NCBI GenBank assembly: GCA_964484655.1
Contig: CAZAFA010000004.1
Coordinates: 1 to 60,852 of the forward strand
DNA from: an uncultured Candidatus Saccharibacteria bacterium
GTDB lineage: Bacteria; Patescibacteriota; Minisyncoccia; UBA6257; 2-01-FULL-56-20
Direction: 5' to 3'
DNA: 60,852 nucleotides
The notes below the pieces were generated by a model that was given only the letters and a program-made list of their open reading frames with translations, did no database searches and was not told the origin of the DNA. This document shows positions 1-7,816 of this stretch, piece after piece (position 1 is the stretch's first letter; each line of letters starts with the position of its first letter). A program made the position numbers and the translations under genes.

Positions 1-2
1 CC

Positions 3-1223
3 ATGTCGCTGCGCATCCTCTTCTCGCTCCGCTCGTGGAGCGAGAAGCACCGCCCGCAGCTCGTCCTCTCGAACGCGGCCGGCCTCTCGCGGCTCGGCAC
101 GTACGTGGCGTACGCGGTCCTGGCCGTCGTCATCGCTGAGACGCACGGAGCATGGACGAGCGGCCTGGTCATAGGCCTCCTCAACCTCTATCAGGCGCTC
201 ATCGCGGACCCGCTCGCGGGAGGTCTCGCGGACCGCCTCGGGAGCAAGGCGGTCGTCGTCATCGGCTGCCTGGTCATCGCGCTCACCGGACTGCTGTGGA
301 TCGCGCTGCCGACCACCCTGCCCGTGCTCGTGGGCACCAGCGTCCTCCTCTTCACCGCGTACAGCTTCCGCGACGAGGTGTACGCCTACCTCCTCCGCAT
401 GAGCGGTCCCAGCGAAGGCGGCTTCGTCTTCGGCATCGCCGAGAACGTCTTCTCGCTGATGGCGTTCCTGAGCACAATCGCGATCCCCTTCTTCCTGGCA
501 CCCGGACGCTGGCCGCTCGTCGGCCTCATGCTGCTGCTGACCTCAACGGCCGCGGCGCTCCTCGCCGCTTCCGCACCGAGCGACAAGGGGCGCGCGAGCG
601 CGTACTACTCCCCGCTCGCGTCGATCCGGGCCGGCTGGCACTTCGTCCGCGCGAACCGCATGGTCCCGCTCCTACAGCTGGGATATTCGGCGTTCGAAGG
701 CCTCTTCTACGGCGCCGTCTGGTTCGTGATCCCGTTGCAGATCGCGCTCGACTCGTCAGGGATCCTCGGCGGCCTGTCGCTGGGCGTCTACGAGCTGGTG
801 ACGATCCTCGGCGCGGCGTACGCGGGCTACCTCGCGGACAGGTACGCCTGGTCGCGGCTGAACGTCCTCGGCTGGACGCTCGCCTCTCTCGGGTCGGTGC
901 TACTCCTCTTCTCGAGCGCGACCTGGTGGCTCGTCGTCGCGGGCGCCGTGGTAGCGGTCGGCAACAACCTGTTCGCGTTCGCGAGCAGCCATGCGCTCGA
1001 GGCGAACGACCGCGACCACGAGGAGGACGGCGCCTTCATCGGGCTGAACAACCTGGTCGAGGACCTCGGCTACGGCATCTCGCCGCTCGTGATCGGCTTC
1101 CTGTATGCGCGCGGCGGCTTCGATGCCGGCATGGGCTTCGCCGCTGTGGTGACGGTCGCGCTCGCGGCGCTCATGATCCTGCTGACGCGCCGTATCGCTC
1201 CGGCCTCGGCCAGCCTAAACTGA
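3..1223 (+). CDS. Major facilitator superfamily transporter
   Basis: 406 aa, about 12 hydrophobic segments; MFS motif A-like GGLADRLGSK, with a second copy GYLADRYAWS in the C-terminal half. Confidence 0.8.
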   Translation: MSLRILFSLRSWSEKHRPQLVLSNAAGLSRLGTYVAYAVLAVVIAETHGAWTSGLVIGLLNLYQALIADPLAGGLADRLGSKAVVVIGCLVIALTGLLWIALPTTLPVLVGTSVLLFTAYSFRDEVYAYLLRMSGPSEGGFVFGIAENVFSLMAFLSTIAIPFFLAPGRWPLVGLMLLLTSTAAALLAASAPSDKGRASAYYSPLASIRAGWHFVRANRMVPLLQLGYSAFEGLFYGAVWFVIPLQIALDSSGILGGLSLGVYELVTILGAAYAGYLADRYAWSRLNVLGWTLASLGSVLLLFSSATWWLVVAGAVVAVGNNLFAFASSHALEANDRDHEEDGAFIGLNNLVEDLGYGISPLVIGFLYARGGFDAGMGFAAVVTVALAALMILLTRRIAPASASLN

Positions 1224-1227
1224 GGGC

Positions 1228-2742
1228 ATGCCCATCCTCCGCGCGGTAGACCGCTACCTCAACGGCATCGTCATGTACAAGGCGGTGCTCTACGCGCTGC
1301 TGCTCCTGACAGGCATCGCGATCCTGCTCGGGACGTTCGGCATGCTCCCTTTCAGCGGCGCGAACCTGGCGCTCTCGCTGCTCGTGCTCTTCATGGTCAC
1401 CTGGTTCGCGAACCAGTTCTGCGCGTGGATCTTCGGCGTCTCGGCGAATCCCGAGTCCGCTCCGATCACGGCAGCCATCCTCTTCTTCGTGCTCGCACCG
1501 GCCGAGAGCTTGCAAGGCGCCGCTCTGCTCGCCCTCGCGGGCGCCGTCGCGATGGCGAGCAAGTACGTGCTCGCCATCCGGCGCCAGCACGTCTTCAACC
1601 CGGCCGCGATCGCGGCGGTGATCGTCGGCATCCCGACGGGCATCGCTTCCTGGTGGGTCGGCACGCCCGCGCTGCTCGTGCCGGTCCTGGTCCTCTCGCT
1701 CCTCGTCGCGCGCAAGATCCGCCGCTTCGAGCTCGTGGGCGTCGTCCTGCTCGCAGGAGCGCTGGCGACCGCGGTCATGGCGCTCGCGTCATACGGACAG
1801 GCGCTGGACTCGGCCCTGTGGCGCTTCCTTATCTCCGGCCCGGCGCTCTTCTTCGCCGCGTTCATGGTCACCGAGCCGTTCACGTCGCCCGGCACGCGCC
1901 GCGCGCGCCTGCTCTTCGGCGCCGGCGTGGGCGCGCTCGCCTACCTCCCGCTCCATCTCGGGCCGCTGTTCGCGACGCCCGAGCTCGCGCTCTGCCTCGG
2001 CAATGCCGCGGCATTCGCGCTCTCCATGCGACGGCGCGTCATGCTGACGCTCACCGACAAGGAGGAGATCGCGAAGGACACGTTCGCCTTCCGCTTCGTG
2101 ACCCCGCACATGCCCCGCTTCTCCGCGGGCCAGTACCTCGAATGGACGCTGCCCCACGTCCCGGACGATCGCGGCATCAGGCGCTACTTCACCATCGCCG
2201 CGGCGCCGACCGAGTCCGAGCTTCAGATCGGGGTCAAGTTCTTCCCTGACGGCAGCTCGTTCAAGAAGGCGCTCGGTGAGCTCGAGCCGGGGGCGCGCCT
2301 GTACGCGGCGCAGCTCGGCGGGGACTTCGTGCTGCCAGCCGATCCTGACAGGAAGCTGGCCTTCATCGCGGGCGGCATCGGCGTGACCCCGTTCAGGAGT
2401 ATGGTCAGGCATCTCATCGACCTCGGCGAGAAGCGCAACATAACGCTGTTCTACGCGACACGGACGGATGCCGAGATCGCGTACCGCCCGCTCTGGGAGG
2501 AAGCCGCGGCGCAGCTTCCCTTCCGCATGATCCGCGTCCTCGCCGACGAGGATGCGCGCGCGGACGACGCGGAACACGGCTTCGTCACGCACGAGATGCT
2601 GCGGCGGCGCCTCCCGGACTGGCAGGAGCGCGACTTCTACCTCTCGGGACCGGATGCGATGGTGCAGACGTACAAGCACCTTCTCCGCGGCATGGGCGTC
2701 GCGGACGCGCGTATTCACACCGACTACTTCCCCGGCTTCTGA
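1228..2742 (+). CDS. RnfD/NqrB-like membrane domain fused to a ferredoxin-NADP reductase-like FAD/NAD(P) oxidoreductase
   Basis: N-terminal multi-TM region with KYVLAIRRQHVFNPAA and FFAAFMVTEPFTSP (RnfD/NqrB-like). C-terminal FNR motifs RYFTIAA, GGIGVTPF, YLSGPDAMV. TAAACT lies 6 nt before the ATG. Confidence 0.8.
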   Translation: MPILRAVDRYLNGIVMYKAVLYALLLLTGIAILLGTFGMLPFSGANLALSLLVLFMVTWFANQFCAWIFGVSANPESAPITAAILFFVLAPAESLQGAALLALAGAVAMASKYVLAIRRQHVFNPAAIAAVIVGIPTGIASWWVGTPALLVPVLVLSLLVARKIRRFELVGVVLLAGALATAVMALASYGQALDSALWRFLISGPALFFAAFMVTEPFTSPGTRRARLLFGAGVGALAYLPLHLGPLFATPELALCLGNAAAFALSMRRRVMLTLTDKEEIAKDTFAFRFVTPHMPRFSAGQYLEWTLPHVPDDRGIRRYFTIAAAPTESELQIGVKFFPDGSSFKKALGELEPGARLYAAQLGGDFVLPADPDRKLAFIAGGIGVTPFRSMVRHLIDLGEKRNITLFYATRTDAEIAYRPLWEEAAAQLPFRMIRVLADEDARADDAEHGFVTHEMLRRRLPDWQERDFYLSGPDAMVQTYKHLLRGMGVADARIHTDYFPGF

Positions 2743-3611
2743 TGGAGCCGCGCCGCTTCGCGTACGAGTCGATGGGCTCGCACTGGCAGGTCGCGCTCTG
2801 GGACGCGCCCGCCGAGACGGCAGCCGAGCTCGAGCGGCAGGTTATCTCCGCCTCGCAGGAGTTCGACGAGACCTACTCGCGATTCAAGCGGAACTCGTTG
2901 GTCTGGGACCTCGCCGACCGGACCGGCACCTTCGCGGTGCCCGCAGACCTCGTCACGATGCTCCGGCTCTACCTCGACCTGTACGAGCCGAGCGGCAGGA
3001 AGCTCAATCCCCTCATCGGGCATACCATCGCCGACCTCGGCTACGACGACGCGTACTCGCTCACGCCCAAGGACGTGATCCGGAACACGCCGGACCTGCT
3101 CGAGAGCGTGCGCGTCGTCGACGACGGGCACATCGAGCTCCGCCGCCCGGCGCTCATCGACCTCGGCGCGCTCGGCAAGGGGTTCTTCGTGGACCGCATC
3201 GCGGCGATGGTCGAGGAGGCGGGCGTCACGCGGTATCTCGTCGACGGCAGCGGCGATATCCGGTACCGCGGTCCCGAGCCGCTGGCCGTCGGCCTCGAGG
3301 ACCCGCGCGACGATACGCGCGCGATCGGCGTGATGCGGATTTCCGGAGGCGCGGTCTGCGCATCGGGAGTGAACCGGCGCGCGTGGCGCGACCTGCACCA
3401 CGTTATCGACCCGCACGACTCGCGTCCGACGCGAGGCATACTGGCCACCTGGGCGCATGCTCCGACCGCCGCCCTCGCGGACGGCCTCGCCTCATGCCTG
3501 TTCTTCGCGGATCCCGAGACGCTGAGGACGCAGTTCCCGATGGAATACTGCGTCCTCTACGACGACGGGACCGCGGCGGTCTCCCCCGGGTTCCCCGGGG
3601 AGCTGTTCTAG
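2742..3611 (+). CDS. apbE: FAD:protein FMN transferase (ApbE family)
   Basis: Motifs MGS, FSRFKRNS-like TYSRFKRNS, IDLGALGKGF, VDGSGDI, HHVIDP, TAALADGLAS. Start overlaps the upstream stop (TGATG). Confidence 0.9.
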   Translation: MEPRRFAYESMGSHWQVALWDAPAETAAELERQVISASQEFDETYSRFKRNSLVWDLADRTGTFAVPADLVTMLRLYLDLYEPSGRKLNPLIGHTIADLGYDDAYSLTPKDVIRNTPDLLESVRVVDDGHIELRRPALIDLGALGKGFFVDRIAAMVEEAGVTRYLVDGSGDIRYRGPEPLAVGLEDPRDDTRAIGVMRISGGAVCASGVNRRAWRDLHHVIDPHDSRPTRGILATWAHAPTAALADGLASCLFFADPETLRTQFPMEYCVLYDDGTAAVSPGFPGELF

Positions 3612-4096
3612 CTGCGGGCTTCCGCCTTGATCTTGGCGACGGCGTCCATGAAGCCGATCGGCGTGAGCGACGAGCCGTTCACGACGCCGAGCTGGAGGCT
3701 GTCGATGTTCTTGCCGATCACCTGCGTCCGGTATCCGGCCGCGAACTTGTCCTGCAGCAGCTTGCTCGTCGCATTCTCTGTATTGCCGGCGAAGGTGGCG
3801 TCGGTGATGACGTCGCCCTTGAGCGTGAGGCTGACCATCACGCTCTCGCCGCCGCCCGGCGAGGTGTACGAGCCGTTCGCGCGGTACGTACCGTCGCGAT
3901 ACGCCGTAGCGGGAGCTCCGGCCGCAGGCGCGCTCTCGGAGGTGCTGGTCGGAGCGGAGCTGTCGTCGGGCACGGTCAGAGCCTCTTCCTGCTCGGGCGT
4001 GCGGCCATAGCCGAACGCCCAGGCGAGGCCGGCGCCGATCACGGCGATGCCGAGGATCGCGCCGACAATCTTGGGGGTCTTCGATGTGGTATTCAT
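3608..4096 (-). CDS. Membrane-anchored FMN-binding (flavinylation substrate) protein
   Basis: N-terminal TM, Ser/Ala/Pro linker, then YRDGTY...GSYTSPGG...VNGSSLT, resembling actinobacterial-type FMN_bind proteins. Adjacent to apbE. Confidence 0.75.
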   Translation of the reverse strand: MNTTSKTPKIVGAILGIAVIGAGLAWAFGYGRTPEQEEALTVPDDSSAPTSTSESAPAAGAPATAYRDGTYRANGSYTSPGGGESVMVSLTLKGDVITDATFAGNTENATSKLLQDKFAAGYRTQVIGKNIDSLQLGVVNGSSLTPIGFMDAVAKIKAEARS

Positions 4097-4164
4097 AGGC
4101 GCCCCATGATACCAGGAATGCCCTGGCCGTGGTGAAACCAGCGGTATATGATGCCGCCGACGCA

Positions 4165-4237
4165 GGGCCGTTAGCTCATTTGGTAGAGCGCCTCATTTGC
4201 AATGAGGAGGTGACCGGTTCGATCCCGGTACGGTCCA
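4165..4237 (+). tRNA. tRNA-Ala(TGC)
   Basis: Cloverleaf GGGCCGT/ACGGTCC-A with the G3:U70 Ala identity pair; anticodon arm CCTCA-TTTGCAA-TGAGG; T-loop TTCGATC. Confidence 0.95.
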
Positions 4238-4280
4238 CCGATTTTATCGGGATTTTATCCGCGAGGAGTATGATGCAGCC

Positions 4281-4565
4281 ATGAGGGTCGCCGAGCTCGC
4301 CGAACAGGTCTCAAAGCAGTTCGTATTCTTCGAGCAGAAGTTCGATGCGATAGATCGCAGGTTCGACGACGTCGACCTGCGCTTCGAGAAAGTCGACCTG
4401 AGATTCGACTCCTTGGAGCGCCTCATGCTGCACCTCCACGACGAGACCATGACCGAGCTCCGCGCCATGCGACAGGAGAACGTCATGTGCGACGGCCGCC
4501 TCGACCGGCACGAGCGGTGGATCGGGCAGCTCGCCGACCGCACCGACACGCGCCTCGAGAGCTAG
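4281..4565 (+). CDS. Small heptad-repeat coiled-coil protein
   Basis: Four 7-aa repeats FDAIDRR/FDDVDLR/FEKVDLR/FDSLERL; TATGAT 6 nt before the ATG. Confidence 0.7.
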   Translation: MRVAELAEQVSKQFVFFEQKFDAIDRRFDDVDLRFEKVDLRFDSLERLMLHLHDETMTELRAMRQENVMCDGRLDRHERWIGQLADRTDTRLES

Positions 4566-4621
4566 GTAAGGGACGGCGGCCGCATCCGTCACAAGAGAGG
4601 TAACCAGCATCACCATCATCC

Positions 4622-4834
4622 ATGGCAGACCAAGCGGAGGTAGAGCGGCTCGAAGCCGAGGCGAAGCAGCGGGAGGAAGCCGCGAAGAACGCGGCCACCG
4701 ATACCAAGGCCGCAGAAGTAGCCGCGGCCGAGGCGAAGAAGGCGCTCGAGGACGCGAAGCTCGAGCAGCAGCAGGAGGCCGCCCGCGCCGCGGAGGAGGA
4801 GCTGCGCGACAAGCAGGCCGAAGCCGGGAGCTAG
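4622..4834 (+). CDS. Hypothetical Ala/Glu/Lys-rich helical protein
   Basis: 70 aa, all-helical composition, fills the gap and shares a CTAG stop overlap with the convergent gene. Confidence 0.55.
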   Translation: MADQAEVERLEAEAKQREEAAKNAATDTKAAEVAAAEAKKALEDAKLEQQQEAARAAEEELRDKQAEAGS

Positions 4835-5895
4835 CGCCGGATCGTGATCCGCACGGCCTCGTCCTCGTCGCCGATCGTCTGCGAATCGTCCTCGCCGTCG
4901 ATGACGCGGATGCCGTCGTCGGCTATCGCGATCTCCCAGACCGCGCGGCTGCTCGAATCCGATCCGGATACCGAGCTGCGGACATCGAGCTCGATGCGGA
5001 GGTCTGCGGTATCCCCCTCATCGACGACGTAGTCGTCGAGGTCGTCGAGTCGCAGCACGTACCCCGAGCCATCCCGGTTCCAGGCGCTGCTCCGGTTGAC
5101 GCTGAGGTCGGCGATCCGGTCGCCGTCGGCGATCAGGGCGACGCGGTCGAAGACCTGCCACGGGCGGTCGTCAGCCTCGTTGCTGTTCCCCGAGAACTCG
5201 AAGCGGAGGTCGACGCGCTCGACGCGGACGTCGCCGCCCCGCACATCGAAGCGCGCGCGGGCGACCTCGACGCCGTCATCCCCCGGGCGGACCGTCGTCC
5301 TGGTGCTGTCGAGGCGGAAGTTGCGGAGCGACGCGCTTCCCGAGAGGCTCCCCGACCCTGACGAGCCGCTTCCGGAGAGGCAGCCGATCACCGACCCCGT
5401 GTGCTGCGGGTACGTGCCGCGCGGGCAGGAGAAGCCGTCGTAGTACGACCCGCCGTACCCGTACGGATACGGGTACTGGTACGTGTAGGGATAGCCGCTC
5501 CCCTGATACTGGTAGCCGCTTCCGAGGTACGCGTTGACGTACATGCGCGTGAGCGGCCCGACGTAGCCTGACGCGGGCGAGATGCCGTTGGCCGCCTGAA
5601 AGCGCGCGACCGCGTCGCGCGTATAGACGGTAAAGATCCCGTTGCCGGGGACCGTGAGGAATCCGCGCCCCGCGAGGAACATCTCGAGCGCCTGGATGTC
5701 CGCGCCGATGCTACCCACGGTCAGGTCGCGCGCGAGGGTCACCGACGGCATCGGATAGCCGTACTGGCCGTAATAGCCGGAACCGTATCCATATCCGTAG
5801 TCCACGATCTCCGCCTGGGCAGGAATCGCGACGCCTACGGCAAGTCCTAGGGAAAGAGCGGTAAGGGTGAGGATCTGGGTCATGTCTGCACTCAT
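4831..5895 (-). CDS. Secreted surface protein with a peptidoglycan-binding domain and Tyr/Gly-rich segments
   Basis: Signal peptide ending AQA; PG_binding_1-like LARDLTVGSIGADIQALEMFL...TRDAVARFQAANGI..SGYVGPLTR; beta-rich C-terminal domain; GGAG upstream of the first ATG. Confidence 0.75.
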   Translation of the reverse strand: MSADMTQILTLTALSLGLAVGVAIPAQAEIVDYGYGYGSGYYGQYGYPMPSVTLARDLTVGSIGADIQALEMFLAGRGFLTVPGNGIFTVYTRDAVARFQAANGISPASGYVGPLTRMYVNAYLGSGYQYQGSGYPYTYQYPYPYGYGGSYYDGFSCPRGTYPQHTGSVIGCLSGSGSSGSGSLSGSASLRNFRLDSTRTTVRPGDDGVEVARARFDVRGGDVRVERVDLRFEFSGNSNEADDRPWQVFDRVALIADGDRIADLSVNRSSAWNRDGSGYVLRLDDLDDYVVDEGDTADLRIELDVRSSVSGSDSSSRAVWEIAIADDGIRVIDGEDDSQTIGDEDEAVRITIRR

Positions 5896-5971
5896 AGATG
5901 TACTCCCGGAAACCTCGAAAGTCTATTGCTTGCCTGGATACTCAACCTGTGTCCTGGTATATTCTGCGTAC

Positions 5972-6058
5972 GGTGGGGTGTCTGAGTGGTCGAAGGAGAC
6001 TGTCTTGAAAACAGTTGTACGGGAAACCGTACCGTGGGTTCGAATCCCACCCCCACCG
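5972..6058 (+). tRNA. tRNA-Ser(TGA)
   Basis: Acceptor GGTGGGG/CCCCACC-G; anticodon arm ACTGT-CTTGAAA-ACAGT; long variable arm GTACGG-GAAA-CCGTAC. Confidence 0.95.
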
Positions 6059-6101
6059 CCTGCATTATCTTCCCTTCTCCGACTCGGCTACTATCCCTCA
6101 C

Positions 6102-6599
6102 ATGCGCTATCTCGCCGGAGACGAGGAGAAGGCGGCGATCGGCTACATGGAGGAAGCCGCCGAAGTCGCGCAGCACGCGCTCTGTCTCAAGGCGCGCTGC
6201 GGCACGGTGATCGTCCGCGACGGCGCCGTCATCGGATCAGGCTACAACGCGCCGCCGCTCGACGATCCGCGCAACCGCACCTGCGACCAGGCTTACGACA
6301 AGCCGGGCAAGCCGCTCTACGACCGCACCTGCTGCATCCACGCCGAATGGCGCGCCATCATGGACGCGTTGCGCAACCACCCCGGTAAGCTGCCCGGCTC
6401 GCAGCTTTACTTCTCGCGCGTGGACCAGGACGGGAATATCAAGCGCGCGGGCGACCCGTACTGCACCGTCTGCAGCCGCCTCGCGCTCGATGCGGGCATC
6501 GCGGAATTCCTCCTCTGGCACGAAACGGGAATCTGCTCGTATCCGACGGACGAATACAACCGGCTCTCGTACGACTACGTCGATCCAGCAACCGCTTAG
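6102..6599 (+). CDS. Zn-dependent cytidine/dCMP deaminase family protein
   Basis: HAE and PYCTVC zinc motifs, GSGYNAP. Start moved to 6102 because the ORF-track start lies inside tRNA-Ser; TACTAT is 7 nt upstream. Confidence 0.85.
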   Translation: MRYLAGDEEKAAIGYMEEAAEVAQHALCLKARCGTVIVRDGAVIGSGYNAPPLDDPRNRTCDQAYDKPGKPLYDRTCCIHAEWRAIMDALRNHPGKLPGSQLYFSRVDQDGNIKRAGDPYCTVCSRLALDAGIAEFLLWHETGICSYPTDEYNRLSYDYVDPATA

Positions 6600-6611
6600 C
6601 TGCGCACGGAA

Positions 6612-6633
6612 AACGGGACCCGAAGGTCCCGTT
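6612..6633. terminator. Hairpin between convergent genes
   Basis: AACGGGACC-CGAA-GGTCCCGTT; 9-bp stem, UUCG loop on the minus strand. Confidence 0.6.
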
Positions 6634-6636
6634 CCT

Positions 6637-7743
6637 CTATCGCTTGCCCAGTATTCGGGCGAGCTCGTAGTTACTGTGCTCGGCCTGCCCGGTCACCTCG
6701 ACGAAGCAGTCCTCGAACCCGGGCGGCAGCGTCACGTCCTGCCCTTCCTCGGTCAGCTCGACCTCGAGGTAGACCCGCCCGAGGCGCGTGATCGTGTCCA
6801 TCTCGAAGTACTGGTTCTGCCAGATGAAGCACCGGCGCCACTTCTCGACCTTCCCGAGCGCAGGATCGACGCGCTTCAGGAGCTCGAAGTACTCGTCCGG
6901 CGTGATCTGCCGCTCGCGCTCGATGCGCACGCCCGGCGAGACCGGCTCCTTGAACGTGTGGTAGTACATCTTGCCGCCGTCGCGTCCGCGTGCGCGCACG
7001 CGCTCCTCGACGCCTTCCGTGTCGCTGCGGAGGTAGTACTGCTCGACGTCCAGGTTGACCACGAACGGCACCGGCGGCACCGGCACTCTCCCGGTCCCGG
7101 TAAACAGGAACTTCCGCTCGATCTCGAGCGGCGCCGGGATCGCGAGCGCGTGGCATATCGCCACGAACGCGCGATGCAGCTTCTGCTCGAAGGTTCCCTC
7201 GTTGCCGATGACGGACAGGTGCGGATGCCCCTGCCACGCTTCCAGCGTCCGCTCGTCGAGCAACCGCGCTCCCGTCGCGTCCTCCGTCCGCGCCTCGTTG
7301 TTCTCGCACGTGAAGAGCTCCGGCTTGTCGTACGCTACGGATCGCAGGAATACCACGGCGTCGTACGGCTTCTCGTTGAGATCGACAACGCTGTACCCGA
7401 GCGTGCCGAGCATGCGGTCGAACTCCCAGGCACTCATGTACGCGCGTGCGTCCATGCGTCCCCGGTCGCAGAGAACCACGATTTTCTCGGACTCGAGCAG
7501 GCTCGCGGTCGCCTTATACGACTCTTCCTTGCTGATGATGTAGCGCAGCAGCTGGTACTGGAACGCTTCCTGCTTTATCTCCCACGGCTTGAGCCCGCCG
7601 AGGATGAAATCCGTCGCCGCCTCGGAGACCGTGACCACGGTCCAGCCGAGGTCGCCGAGCTTCTGCTGCACGTGACTGAGCAGCGTGGATTTCCCCGCGC
7701 ACGGGCCGCCGGTGATGACGACCATCGGTATGTCTATTCTCAC
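6637..7743 (-). CDS. NadR/Ttd14-like P-loop kinase domain fused to a CYTH (triphosphate tunnel) domain
   Basis: Walker A GGPCAGKST, LCDRGRMD, then the CYTH signature EIERKF and EVELT. GTG start at 7743 follows GGAGG. Confidence 0.8.
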   Translation of the reverse strand: MRIDIPMVVITGGPCAGKSTLLSHVQQKLGDLGWTVVTVSEAATDFILGGLKPWEIKQEAFQYQLLRYIISKEESYKATASLLESEKIVVLCDRGRMDARAYMSAWEFDRMLGTLGYSVVDLNEKPYDAVVFLRSVAYDKPELFTCENNEARTEDATGARLLDERTLEAWQGHPHLSVIGNEGTFEQKLHRAFVAICHALAIPAPLEIERKFLFTGTGRVPVPPVPFVVNLDVEQYYLRSDTEGVEERVRARGRDGGKMYYHTFKEPVSPGVRIERERQITPDEYFELLKRVDPALGKVEKWRRCFIWQNQYFEMDTITRLGRVYLEVELTEEGQDVTLPPGFEDCFVEVTGQAEHSNYELARILGKR

Positions 7744-7816
7744 TCGTTTTCCTCCTATTCGGTTTAAAACCGCTGCTCGCACATTAGGCCAGCAGGAGCC
7801 TCGAGGCAACGGGATA

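Noticed and set aside
5986-6210. ORFs starting at 5986 and 6015
   Set aside because: They run through tRNA-Ser; the deaminase starts at 6102.
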